A stretch of DNA of 64,000 nucleotides from a virus, in IMG/VR virus record IMGVR_UViG_3300042878_001826, positions 1 to 64,000 of that record. One strand, 5' to 3'. Below are positions 18,807 to 28,611 of the stretch, piece after piece. Every line of letters begins with the position of its first letter. Position 1 is the stretch's first letter. A program made the translations under genes and the position numbers. The notes under the pieces are model-generated. The model did not search any database, was not told the DNA's origin, and saw only the letters and a list, made by a program, of their open reading frames with translations.

Positions 18807-19226
18807 CTAAATACCCAAATCTTTAAGCTTGTTGTCTCTTAATGTAGAAATAGATATACCTTTACAGATATCTGTAAGAATGTCTTCAACTACTTCTATC
18901 TTTGGATCTAAATCTGAACAGAACTTCTCGATTATTAAATCTCTTAAAACAATTACGTCTTTGTTCTTATAGACGCCAATGTTATATCTTCCATTAGGAA
19001 GAGTGGCGTTCGTAATCCATAAACTATTTTCCTCTAATCGCCATTTGTCGTCTGACAATGTGTACTCTATATTCATTTCGAATACAGTATCATCAGACCC
19101 CTTCGTCTCCATCTTTCTTTTGTATGTTCTGGTCTTTAAATTTGGATTATCCTCTGTCCAAACCAGACTTCCGTTTTTGGTGGCAGAGATTAGTGTTCTT
19201 ACTATATCATTTAGTTGTTCTTTCAT
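18807..19226 (-). CDS. Hypothetical protein with C-terminal tag
   Basis: Ends RDNKLKDLGI. Confidence 0.7.
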   Translation of the reverse strand: MKEQLNDIVRTLISATKNGSLVWTEDNPNLKTRTYKRKMETKGSDDTVFEMNIEYTLSDDKWRLEENSLWITNATLPNGRYNIGVYKNKDVIVLRDLIIEKFCSDLDPKIEVVEDILTDICKGISISTLRDNKLKDLGI

Positions 19227-19540
19227 ATTCCAATTTTTTCCAGTTTTTGATTTCTTATCTCAGCGAAGAATATCTTATCGAAATGCTCTTTTATAAATAC
19301 TTTGTTTCGATTGGTGTAATCAGACAACTGAAATGGACTCTCAACATAGCTACCATCTTCATTTCTATGAATATAAAGACGCCAATCGTTATCACTACCT
19401 TTTTTATATGTGAATAGAACCAGTGTATAGTGTTTATCTTCCATATAGTCTGGATAATACTTATACTCTCTTACATAACCGACTTCAGTATCTTCTTGCT
19501 TAACAAGCTTGAAACCTATTTCTAAAAACATATTTATCAT
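19223..19540 (-). CDS. Hypothetical protein with C-terminal tag
   Basis: Ends RNQKLEKIGI. Confidence 0.7.
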   Translation of the reverse strand: MINMFLEIGFKLVKQEDTEVGYVREYKYYPDYMEDKHYTLVLFTYKKGSDNDWRLYIHRNEDGSYVESPFQLSDYTNRNKVFIKEHFDKIFFAEIRNQKLEKIGI

Positions 19541-19590
19541 ATACCTAACTCTTTAAGTCTATCGTCGTCTCCTACTTTAAACTTAGCCTT
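19537..19590 (-). pseudogene. Collapsed relic of a tagged gene (..KFKVGD-DDRLKELGI*)
   Basis: Tag and ATGA coupling to the next gene retained; no nearby start codon. Confidence 0.45.
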
Positions 19591-20512
19591 TGAGTACTTT
19601 AAATTGGCTTCTATACTTAATGACGGCAAGGTCTTTAGCTTTTGCTTCAATCTCTGTATCAAATTCGAGACCATACGTTTGAATCTCTTCATAAATGTAG
19701 TCTGCGTGTGCTGTTGCTCTTCCTGTTGCATCTTCTAATGTCTTTGGTGAACTAATATGTGTCAATGGCTTTACGTTCCAAGTAGAGTGTGCCAATCTAA
19801 GTGCTTCTTCCATAGTTTGGTCTTGTGGACCATAGTTGAAGTGATGTTGGTCGAATACGATTGGAATACCAATCTTAGTATGAACCAAGTCGTGAAGTAT
19901 CTTCACAGAATATTGATTTGGACTATCATCGTTCTCTAATGTCAATCTAGCTTTACAAGAGTCTGATAAAAGTGCAAAACCATCTACAAATCGCTGTGCT
20001 GCCTCTTCTCGTGTTGGCTTAGTTGTGTTGATGTGAATATTGATTGGATAGTAGTGAGTCTTATCGAGACCTATCAAATCCATAAGCTCTGCGTGTTTGT
20101 TAAGTTCATCGATTGTCTTAACGACAACAGAAGGGTTCTCACTCGCCAAAACGTTGAAAGGGCCAGGATGATATGATACTCTGATGTCGTTGTCTTTGAT
20201 AAAGTCACCAATCTTCTTCATCAGACTATGAATGTATGTGAAGTTTGGTAAGTCTTCAAATTTGTACTCTGTCATCCACGGAAAAGAATCAGAAGACAAT
20301 CTATAGACATAGATGTCGTTCTTTATGTTGTATTCGAGTACCTTTAAAGTATCTTTTAGATTCTCTACAATAAGTTCTGAAGCATAGGTAATACCTTTGG
20401 CTAAGAAAGTTTTCTTGACCATTCCTCTGTTGACTTGTATCTGTTCTTTCTTTTTCTTACCGACATTACATCCCATAGGTATGCAACAATATCCTATTCT
20501 ATTCATAAGCAT
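19583..20512 (-). CDS. uvsE: UV damage endonuclease (UvsE/UVDE)
   Basis: RIGYCC, YRLSSD.FP, HPGPFNVLAS, LTLENDD, VFDQHH, HADYI, EAKAKD. Confidence 0.93.
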   Translation of the reverse strand: MLMNRIGYCCIPMGCNVGKKKKEQIQVNRGMVKKTFLAKGITYASELIVENLKDTLKVLEYNIKNDIYVYRLSSDSFPWMTEYKFEDLPNFTYIHSLMKKIGDFIKDNDIRVSYHPGPFNVLASENPSVVVKTIDELNKHAELMDLIGLDKTHYYPINIHINTTKPTREEAAQRFVDGFALLSDSCKARLTLENDDSPNQYSVKILHDLVHTKIGIPIVFDQHHFNYGPQDQTMEEALRLAHSTWNVKPLTHISSPKTLEDATGRATAHADYIYEEIQTYGLEFDTEIEAKAKDLAVIKYRSQFKVLKG

Positions 20513-20832
20513 TCGTATCCTTTTGATTGTTTTAGTTTATCTATTATGTCTTCGACACTTCCTATAAAGGTATATATTGATGCGTCTTCGTCAAAGAAAA
20601 GCGGTTTTATTTTTTCAAAGAACCTGAAGTATCTTTCTCTTGAAAGGAACGTCGTTATTTTATAAGCAGCGTCGTTCGCTTCATCTTCAGTCATATCGTA
20701 CGCCATAGTAGAACCCACGAAGTCACTATCATGCTTCGCACCAACTTCTTTACATAGAATGCCGATGAACTGCTCTGTACTTATGTTGGTTATGAATTCC
20801 GATCCGGAGTTCGTCTTTATAGTCCTGCTCAT
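20503..20832 (-). CDS. Hypothetical protein
   Basis: Likely start MSRTIK; TATATTTG at 20847-20854. Confidence 0.65.
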   Translation of the reverse strand: MSRTIKTNSGSEFITNISTEQFIGILCKEVGAKHDSDFVGSTMAYDMTEDEANDAAYKITTFLSRERYFRFFEKIKPLFFDEDASIYTFIGSVEDIIDKLKQSKGYECL

Positions 20833-20869
20833 AACTTTATTTTTCACAAATATACAAAAAAAAACGCTA

Positions 20870-22366
20870 TCAAAGCGCTTTTTTTGTTGTTCCTATTTCT
20901 TTTCCTTCTTCCATCATCCTGACCGGAAATCCCCAAAGATATTCTACGTGAGGCAGTACCTTAGATATTGACCCTGAATCCAGTGATCGCTTGTTGACCT
21001 GAGTGTGTTCTAATGTAAGCGTTCTGTCTCCGTATACGTCTATGTCATAGACCTGTATGTCAGGAACGTATCTACTTCGGTTGTAAGATTCAGAAAGTGT
21101 TTGTCTAACTTTTTTATATCCGTATTCGTCATGTATTGCAGAAACTTCGTAGTGTGTCGCCTCTTCTTCGTCCGTAAGGCAGAAAAGCTTCATGTCTCTT
21201 ATCACCTTTGGAGATAGGTACTGAAGAACGAAAGTCTCGTCTTTGAAGTTCTCTACAATATATCTAAAAGTTTCTGACCAATTTCCTTTTCCTGCTATTT
21301 CTGGAAACCAATTTTTGTCTTCTTGTGTAGGATTCAAAGACATCCTCTTCAAATCTGTGAATATGTTGAATCCCAGTGTGTATGGATTTAGTCCTGAATA
21401 GTAGTTAGAATCAAAACCTGGTTGAAATATTACATTTGAGTGATGATGAAAGAACTCTAACATAAAGTCATCACCTAAATATCCTTCTTCATACATCTTA
21501 TTGATTATCTCATAATGTGTGAATGTGGCACAGCCTTCATTAGTGACTTTAGATTGTCCTTGTGGGTAGAAATATTGAGAAGTCTTTCTTACGATTCTAA
21601 CAAGCTCTCTTTGCCAACCTTTTAACTTAGGAGAGTTCTTTTCTATGAAATAAAGAATATTTTCTTCCGGTTGCTCAGGAAATCTTCTTTCTTTTGCAAT
21701 TTCTTGCTTTTCCTTAGGAAGAGTTCTCCAGATATCGTCTAAAAAGACCTGATCATCTTCTAATTTCTTTTTAAGTCTTTCTTTTTCTTCGCCTGGTGAT
21801 ATCTTTCTTGGCTTTTGATATTTATCTACACCATAGTTCATAAGAGCATGACAAGAATCCAATACCGCCTCTACTTCATCAAAACCATATTTCTCTTCAC
21901 ATTTAGTCACAAAGTTCTTTGCAAAGACCATATAGTCTATTATTGCATCTGCCTGAGTCCATTGTTTGAATAGATAGTTGTTTTTGAAAAAATGGTTGTG
22001 GCCGTATGCGGCATGTGCCAAAACAAGTACCATTAAACAAGTAGTATTGTCTTCCATGTTATATGATATACAAGGATTTGAATTTATAACAAGTTCATAA
22101 GCCAATCCCATTCTACCTTTTTTGTAGTTGTTCTGGTTCATAACAAAGTCTTTTCCAAACTTCCAGTGATTATATGAAATAGGAAGTCCAATAAGAGAAT
22201 AAGCATCTAACATCTGTTCGGATGATATTATCTCAAATTGATTTGGATAGGTTTCCAAACCAAGATACTCTTCTGCTATTCTAGAAACTACCTTATCTGC
22301 CTCTATTATTGTTTCTTCATCCCAATCTGATCGGGAAAAAAGTTTTTTTAAATCTGCTTTATCCAT
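20870..22366 (-). CDS. spoVR: SpoVR/YcgB family protein
   Basis: GLPISYNHWKFGK, LAYELVINSNPCI, AHAAYGHNHFFKNN, YFYPQ..NEGCATF. Confidence 0.93.
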   Translation of the reverse strand: MDKADLKKLFSRSDWDEETIIEADKVVSRIAEEYLGLETYPNQFEIISSEQMLDAYSLIGLPISYNHWKFGKDFVMNQNNYKKGRMGLAYELVINSNPCISYNMEDNTTCLMVLVLAHAAYGHNHFFKNNYLFKQWTQADAIIDYMVFAKNFVTKCEEKYGFDEVEAVLDSCHALMNYGVDKYQKPRKISPGEEKERLKKKLEDDQVFLDDIWRTLPKEKQEIAKERRFPEQPEENILYFIEKNSPKLKGWQRELVRIVRKTSQYFYPQGQSKVTNEGCATFTHYEIINKMYEEGYLGDDFMLEFFHHHSNVIFQPGFDSNYYSGLNPYTLGFNIFTDLKRMSLNPTQEDKNWFPEIAGKGNWSETFRYIVENFKDETFVLQYLSPKVIRDMKLFCLTDEEEATHYEVSAIHDEYGYKKVRQTLSESYNRSRYVPDIQVYDIDVYGDRTLTLEHTQVNKRSLDSGSISKVLPHVEYLWGFPVRMMEEGKEIGTTKKAL

Positions 22367-23628
22367 TATGCTGTCTTCTTTTTAAAGAAATCTTGAAAGA
22401 CTTTCCAGATTCCACCTACTTCATCAATTTTACCTATTTCAAAGTTATTTCTTTTATCAGCAATTGTTTTATAACTTTGCCATAAGTCACCTTCACTTCT
22501 TCTACATATCTCTATATAAATCATATATTGTACAGAGTTTAATATATCAGCATCCAATATTCTGGCACAATCTACCGCGTCCGATCTATCCCAAACATCA
22601 CCATCAGATGCTTGAGCAGCATATATGTTCCAATCTTTAGAATATCTTTCTTTTATGATTTTACTCATCAATTCCAATGCAGAAATAACAACCGTACCAC
22701 CACTTTCTCTAGAGTTGAAGAACTCTTCTTCATTTACCTCTTTTGCGACCGTAGTATGTCTTATGAAAACCATTTCAATCCTTTCATATTGTTTAGTCAA
22801 AAACATATAAAGTAACATGAAAAATCTTTTTGCTATGTCCTTTTCTTTTTCTCCCATCGATCCAGATACGTCCATAACACAGAACATCACAGCAGACGTT
22901 ACAGGAACTGCTACTTTTTCGAAGTTGTTGTATTGAAGGTCGACCTCTTCCATGAAAGATACTGAAAGCTTCATCTTCTTTAGCTTATCCAACTCTTTCT
23001 CTAACTCAGCAATCAAAACCAAATCAGTCTCGGTCTTCAACTTATCCTCTATCTCCTTTATCTTCTTGTCGAAAAACATACCTACAGCCATTCTTCTAGC
23101 CATAGAGTTTTTGTAGGATCTTGTTATATTTAACTTGCTTGGATTTCCGTAGTTGGAATATCCTGCTCTCTTTTGTTTAAAGTCTACTATTGAGTTTAGA
23201 TGTTTCTTAACCATGTCTGGTAGTTCTAAATCAGCGAAGAAGTAGTCTAAAAACTCTTCTCTACTTATCGTAACTGAAAATTCATCTTCTGTTGGGTCGC
23301 CATCTTTCGAACCTTTCTGACCTTTTCCCTTTCCTTGTCCACCTTTTGGCTTTTCAATAGTATCTCCTTGAGTGTATTCTTTATTTCCTGGATGAACATG
23401 CTTTTTATCACCACTATCTTTATCATAGTGAAATTGTGGTTCACCTATTCCTTTAACAGGAACTTTTATATTGCCGTTGGAAGAAGTAAGATCTTTTACA
23501 TTAGTATTTTTGACGATGTCTGGCAATGCTTTCTTAATCTGATCCTCTACTCTTTTAAGCAATCTCTGTCTGTTTTCTGAAGATTTCCCTTTAGAGTTCT
23601 TTCTTCGATCTACTATATTTATTGACAT
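22366..23628 (-). CDS. yeaH: YeaH/YhbH (DUF444) vWA-domain protein
   Basis: DRRKN.KGKSSENRQR, AVMFCVMDVSGSM, ESGGTV, AQASDGD. Confidence 0.92.
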   Translation of the reverse strand: MSINIVDRRKNSKGKSSENRQRLLKRVEDQIKKALPDIVKNTNVKDLTSSNGNIKVPVKGIGEPQFHYDKDSGDKKHVHPGNKEYTQGDTIEKPKGGQGKGKGQKGSKDGDPTEDEFSVTISREEFLDYFFADLELPDMVKKHLNSIVDFKQKRAGYSNYGNPSKLNITRSYKNSMARRMAVGMFFDKKIKEIEDKLKTETDLVLIAELEKELDKLKKMKLSVSFMEEVDLQYNNFEKVAVPVTSAVMFCVMDVSGSMGEKEKDIAKRFFMLLYMFLTKQYERIEMVFIRHTTVAKEVNEEEFFNSRESGGTVVISALELMSKIIKERYSKDWNIYAAQASDGDVWDRSDAVDCARILDADILNSVQYMIYIEICRRSEGDLWQSYKTIADKRNNFEIGKIDEVGGIWKVFQDFFKKKTA

Positions 23629-23724
23629 CTATCAGGTTTTTAATTTTTATCATACGAAGAAGGTGCTTGATGGAATCTAATTCGATTCCACCATAGCCCG
23701 GTCTTCTATATTTTTTTAACATCA

Positions 23725-25647
23725 TTATGAGCTTTTTCTAACTCTTAAATACCAGTCAGTTAATAGCTTAATTTGTTTGTTAGTGTATCCTCTTTCAACC
23801 ATTCTATCGATAAACTCAGAATGTTTTTTATCTTCTTCTTTAGATACTTTTCCAGTAAATGAGATTACAGGAATCAAATCTTCTGTTTTAGAGAATATTC
23901 TTTTTTCGATAACATTCTTGATTTTCTCATAAGAATCCCAAGATGGTGCTGATCCATTTTTAGCTTTGTGTCTTAAATAGAACTGAACTAAATCGTTTCT
24001 GAAATCTTTAGGATTCGCAATACCTGCAGGTTTTTCAATCTTTTCAAGTTCTTCATTCAAAGCTACTCTATCGAATTGTTGTCCTGTCTCTGGATCTCTA
24101 TAGTCGTTATCTTGACACCAATGGTCTGCATAAGTAATATATCTTTCGAATAAGTTTTGTCCATACTCTTGATAAGAATCAACATAAGCTTTTTGAATCT
24201 CATCTCCGATAAACTCTGCATATTTTCCGCTTAGTTTAGATTTCAATATGTTAAGATAGAAATCTTCAGTTTCTTTTGGCATTTGTGCTTTAACAATCTC
24301 ATTTTCAAGAACGTAGAATAAATGAACTGGATTAGCAGCAAGTTCTTCAGAATCGTGGTTGAATACTTTAGAAAGAACTTTAAATGCAAAACGAGTTGAT
24401 ATTCCATTCATTCCTTCAGTAACACCGGCATTATCTTTATATTCTTGTAATGATTTAGCTTTAGGATCAGACTCTTTTAAGTTCTCACCATCATAGATTC
24501 TCATCTTTGAATATAGATTAGAGTTTTCAGGAACTTTCAATCTTGTCATTACAGAGAATTGTGCCAATAAGTCTAAAGTCTTTGGTGCACAAGGTGCTTC
24601 AGATAAAGAAGAACCTTTAAGAAGTTTTTTATAGATTTCTACTTCTTCATTTACTCTCAAGCAATAAGGTACTCTTACGATGTAAACCCTGTCTAAGAAA
24701 GCTTCGTTCTTTTTATCATTTGAGAAAACATCCCATTCAGACTCATTAGAGTGTGCTAAGATAATACCTTGAAAAGGAATAGCTGGTAAGTTTTCTGTAC
24801 CATTGAAGTTTCCTTCTTGAGTTGCAGTTAATAAAGGGTGTAGGACTTTGATAGGTGCTTTAAACATCTCTACGAACTCCATCATACCTTGGTTTGCACG
24901 ACAAAGAGATCCTGAATAGTTATAAGCATCTGCATCATTCTGTGGAAACTCTGCCAACTTTCTTATATCTACTTTTCCTACTAATGCTGAAATGTCTTGA
25001 TTGTTTTCATCACCTGGTTCTGTCTTAGCAATACCGATTTGAGACGCGATAGACATCTTCATTTTTCTCACTTTGAACTTAGAGATATCACCTTCAAATT
25101 CGGCTAATCTTTTTGTTGCCCAAGGAGAAGCACATGAAGGAACGTATCTTTTTGCGATTCCATATTCATCCTCTAACTCTTTTCTGTAGTTTGCGAAAAG
25201 ACCAAGTGGACTTTCCCACACAGGAGATACTTCACCATCAGCAACAAGCACATACATAGTGCTTCTTTCCATAAGTTGCTTCAACCTTTCAGCCAAAGAT
25301 GACTTACCTCCACCTACTGGTCCTAAAAGGTATAGTATTTGTTTTTTTTCTTCTAATCCTTGTGCGGCATGTTTGAAGAAAGAAACAATTTGTTCGATAG
25401 TTTCTTCCATTCCAAAGAATTCGTTGAATGCAGGGTATCTTTTGATTACTTTGTTAGAGTAGATTCTGCTCAGCCTTTCGTCTAATTTAGTATCGACTAT
25501 TGCCGGTTCGCCGATGGCATCTAACATTCTTTCTGCTGGAGATGCGTATATTTTGTTATCCTCTTTGCAAAGATTGAGATACTCTTGTATCGTGATGTCC
25601 TTATCGGAATGTGCAAAGTCTTTCTTGATGATGTTCAACAAACTCAT
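23725..25647 (-). CDS. prkA: PrkA/YeaG AAA+ ATPase (Ser kinase family)
   Basis: LLGPVGGGKSS, EPGDENNQDIS, ANQGMMEFVEMFK, EAFLDR. Confidence 0.95.
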   Translation of the reverse strand: MSLLNIIKKDFAHSDKDITIQEYLNLCKEDNKIYASPAERMLDAIGEPAIVDTKLDERLSRIYSNKVIKRYPAFNEFFGMEETIEQIVSFFKHAAQGLEEKKQILYLLGPVGGGKSSLAERLKQLMERSTMYVLVADGEVSPVWESPLGLFANYRKELEDEYGIAKRYVPSCASPWATKRLAEFEGDISKFKVRKMKMSIASQIGIAKTEPGDENNQDISALVGKVDIRKLAEFPQNDADAYNYSGSLCRANQGMMEFVEMFKAPIKVLHPLLTATQEGNFNGTENLPAIPFQGIILAHSNESEWDVFSNDKKNEAFLDRVYIVRVPYCLRVNEEVEIYKKLLKGSSLSEAPCAPKTLDLLAQFSVMTRLKVPENSNLYSKMRIYDGENLKESDPKAKSLQEYKDNAGVTEGMNGISTRFAFKVLSKVFNHDSEELAANPVHLFYVLENEIVKAQMPKETEDFYLNILKSKLSGKYAEFIGDEIQKAYVDSYQEYGQNLFERYITYADHWCQDNDYRDPETGQQFDRVALNEELEKIEKPAGIANPKDFRNDLVQFYLRHKAKNGSAPSWDSYEKIKNVIEKRIFSKTEDLIPVISFTGKVSKEEDKKHSEFIDRMVERGYTNKQIKLLTDWYLRVRKSS

Positions 25648-25800
25648 ATTGTAGTTTTATTTTTTTTCTTGAATTGAATCATTTTTATTTATACAGCAAG
25701 TCTTTGACTAAGTTTGCCATATACTTTCATTATATATATTGATATTTGATGTCTTAATATTGAATTTCTACTCGATTTTTAAAAATATGAAATAGATTTT

Positions 25801-25809
25801 TAATATATA
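25801..25809 (+). promoter_or_regulatory. Phage late-type promoter TAATATATA (representative of more than 12 copies)
   Basis: Also at 2049, 9515, 27236, 32338, 49389, 52210, 52345, 55627, 57598, 58159 (+) and 27179, 36041 (-); precedes the neck gene; analogous to T4 TATAAATA. Confidence 0.7.
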
Positions 25810-25813
25810 TGTT

Positions 25814-26368
25814 ATGAAGATTAGAAAATTTGTAGATTTTATAAACGAAGAGTTTAACGATACACCAGAAGCTTATATTGAGACTGCTTTAAAGCAACTT
25901 CAAAAAAAGATTGGTAAGATGTTTGAAGATCAAGTTGATATTAAAGATCAAGAAAAAGAGGGAAATATCTCTATAATGAAAGCCAAAGGAAAAGGTAAGT
26001 CTAAAAAACTTAGTTTTAAAGAGTTAGGTGTTCAGTTGGAAAGTTCTGAGATATCAAAGTATTCAAAACTATATGACTCACTTACTATTAAGTTTAGTGA
26101 TGCTGATGCAACATACAATATGTTGTTATTGATTGATTTAAAAGATGGTATGCCTAAAGATCCTACAAAAGATTTTTCTTTTGAAGATATTGAAAGTTGT
26201 TTCATTAAATTCAAAAAGTATGATTTGGAAACATTCGAAGTTCTTGGACAGATGACCAAGAATGTAAAGATAAAAGACATAGATGAAAACTTTTTGGTTG
26301 ATTTAAAGATAGAGCTAGACGATACCTTCAGTGATGATGATGAAAAACTAGAAATAGAAACTGAATAA
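25814..26368 (+). CDS. Putative virion internal protein
   Basis: MKIRKFVDFINEE N-terminus; late-type motif. Confidence 0.6.
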   Translation: MKIRKFVDFINEEFNDTPEAYIETALKQLQKKIGKMFEDQVDIKDQEKEGNISIMKAKGKGKSKKLSFKELGVQLESSEISKYSKLYDSLTIKFSDADATYNMLLLIDLKDGMPKDPTKDFSFEDIESCFIKFKKYDLETFEVLGQMTKNVKIKDIDENFLVDLKIELDDTFSDDDEKLEIETE

Positions 26369-26395
26369 AAAATGCCGACAAATGTCGGCATTTTT
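26368..26395. terminator. Intrinsic terminator
   Basis: aaaaatgccgaca-aa-tgtcggcattttt. Confidence 0.8.
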
Positions 26396-26428
26396 CAATT
26401 GGAGAAAGAAATATTTAATAAATATCTC

Positions 26429-26935
26429 ATGAACGTAAACATAGTAACCAATTTTCAACTTATAGGTCATATAAAGACATCAAGGTACTTTAGAGTAAGT
26501 CTTGGACTTATACCAACCGTAGAAAAGAACGGTGCGAGAAAATATAATGATAAAGATAAATTCTCATTCTTTTATAATAACTCTTATAATACAACCATTT
26601 ATGGACAAGGTAATGCAGGTAATATAAGATTCTATACAGACCATTACATAACAGAACCTATATTGGCGGTTTACTATGGTGATAACTTTGAAGAGTTTTT
26701 GTTCGACTTTGATTTTAAAATGTTTAGAGATAAAGGTATGGACTTCTATCTAGGACACATTCTAAAAGAAATGGATATTAAGTATGAAGAGAAAAAAAAG
26801 AACGACGAGTTAAAGAAACTCGAAGAAAAAGAGGCCGGAAATCCAGATCTAATAACAAAGAATCCAGGATCAGTATCATATGCAGATATCGAAGCTTATC
26901 TCGAAAAGAAAAGACAGGAAAGATATAAAGGTTAG
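26429..26935 (+). CDS. Hypothetical protein
   Basis: Start moved to MNVNIV (track start lies inside the terminator); TAATAAATA upstream. Confidence 0.65.
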   Translation: MNVNIVTNFQLIGHIKTSRYFRVSLGLIPTVEKNGARKYNDKDKFSFFYNNSYNTTIYGQGNAGNIRFYTDHYITEPILAVYYGDNFEEFLFDFDFKMFRDKGMDFYLGHILKEMDIKYEEKKKNDELKKLEEKEAGNPDLITKNPGSVSYADIEAYLEKKRQERYKG

Positions 26936-27174
26936 TTATAAAGTATCGATGCCAATGAGATGTAGACTAAATGTTTGTCTTCTTTATCTAAGTCATCAAA
27001 ATCATAACTTATTTCCAAGTCATCGTCTTCATGCATGATATAAAGATATATTTTGTTTTCTCCTTTAACATATTCGATAGAATTAAAAGTAGCAAAACTA
27101 AGGTCTAGATCCATAACCAGTTCGGTCAGACCTATACCCATTATCAGTATCATTTTAGCCACTTTCTTTTTCAT
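26932..27174 (-). CDS. Hypothetical protein
   Basis: TAATATATA 4 nt upstream. Confidence 0.6.
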   Translation of the reverse strand: MKKKVAKMILIMGIGLTELVMDLDLSFATFNSIEYVKGENKIYLYIMHEDDDLEISYDFDDLDKEDKHLVYISLASILYN

Positions 27175-27266
27175 ATAGTATATATTAAATAGGTGTAATA
27201 AAATCGGGAGGATACCGTTTTTTGAAATGGTTTTTTAATATATAATAAAAAATAATAATTTTATTC

Positions 27267-28568
27267 ATGAATATTCTTAAATACGGAGACTATATCACAG
27301 AAAAAGCTGCATACGAAATGCTTTTAGAGTCAAAGGCAGTGTTCTCACAGAAACTTGTAAACCTTCTTAATAGAATGAAAAGTAATAAGATAGCAGCGGC
27401 TATTCTAAGCTTCCAATCAAAAGATGTAGACGGACTTGCACAAAACTATGTAGATATGACAGATTCTAAAGAAGAGTTATCTTTTACACCTGATAGAAAA
27501 GTACAAGAACTTACAGCAGGAAGACCTGAACACTACAGAGTTACGAATAGTGGAAGATACCTTACACACAGCGATAGAAACGACAAGATATTCAAAAGAC
27601 TGGGATATGTAAAAGAAGGAAGAACAAACTGGGCACCAGAAACAGGAACTCTATTGGCTATATTAGCAGAGACACAAAGTGTTACTGGTAAAACTTATTG
27701 TATGGTTGAAGAAGTTGAACCTAATGGATCAGAACCAAGAATAGGTGTTGTCAACAAAGAAGCTATGGAACTTGATAGTGATGATTTAAAAGCTATCTGG
27801 AAGACTGCAAGAAATCCTGTTAAGATAGGAAGATTTGCTAGAGCATTCTTGACTGCAGCAAAAGTTACTTTCACAGATCAAGATATTGAAGTATTCGTAA
27901 ACGAGTATAAAGCAACATATGATTTTGCCGCAGATATACTAAAACAATTTGAAATCGTAAAAGCAGATCAAATCACACACTGGTATTCGGAAGACCAATA
28001 TCAAAGTGGTGGTGGATCATTAAACAACTCTTGTATGGCACATGCTGATTCAGAATGGTTAGAGGTATACTCTAAAAATCCAGAAGTAAGTCTTGTTATA
28101 CTATATGATGATAACGGAACTATAGAAGATGGTAAATATGTATCCAGAAAGATAAAAGGAAGAGCTATTTTATGGGATTGTAATGTCAACGGAAACGACA
28201 CACAGTTTATGGACAGAATCTACACATCTCAAGATTCAGACGTAGGTATCTTCAAACAATTTGCAGAGAAAAACGGGTGGTGGTATAAAAAAGAACAATC
28301 TATGTCTCCAGACGAAAAACTTACAGATGGAAGCCAAGACTTGAGTAGAGCAAACATTATTTGTAAAGTAAAGTCCGCAAATCCAAGTGGATGCTATCCT
28401 TATATGGATACTATGTGTTTCATAAACATAAACGAAAATATCATCGGAAACTCTATGGATGCGGTTGATCCAGATGGACAATACTCAGACGACTACGATG
28501 AATACGACGGACCAATCAGAGTAGCTAGATCTACTGAGGGAGATTGGTTTTCGCCAGACAACTACTAA
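27267..28568 (+). CDS. Putative virion internal protein of unknown function
   Basis: MNILKYGDYITE N-terminus; conserved-looking GSLNNSCM, GRAILW, FMDRIY, YPYMDT block. Confidence 0.65.
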   Translation: MNILKYGDYITEKAAYEMLLESKAVFSQKLVNLLNRMKSNKIAAAILSFQSKDVDGLAQNYVDMTDSKEELSFTPDRKVQELTAGRPEHYRVTNSGRYLTHSDRNDKIFKRLGYVKEGRTNWAPETGTLLAILAETQSVTGKTYCMVEEVEPNGSEPRIGVVNKEAMELDSDDLKAIWKTARNPVKIGRFARAFLTAAKVTFTDQDIEVFVNEYKATYDFAADILKQFEIVKADQITHWYSEDQYQSGGGSLNNSCMAHADSEWLEVYSKNPEVSLVILYDDNGTIEDGKYVSRKIKGRAILWDCNVNGNDTQFMDRIYTSQDSDVGIFKQFAEKNGWWYKKEQSMSPDEKLTDGSQDLSRANIICKVKSANPSGCYPYMDTMCFININENIIGNSMDAVDPDGQYSDDYDEYDGPIRVARSTEGDWFSPDNY

Positions 28569-28579
28569 AAAGATATAAC

Positions 28580-28611
28580 AAAAAAAGAGACTCGTTTGAG
28601 TCTCTTTTTTT
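28580..28611. terminator. Bidirectional intrinsic terminator
   Basis: aaaaagagactc-gttt-gagtctcttttt between convergent genes. Confidence 0.85.

Noticed and set aside
19537-19731. 64-aa ORF as a real gene
   Set aside because: Mostly overlaps uvsE in another frame; only the last 17 codons or so look meaningful and are treated as a relic
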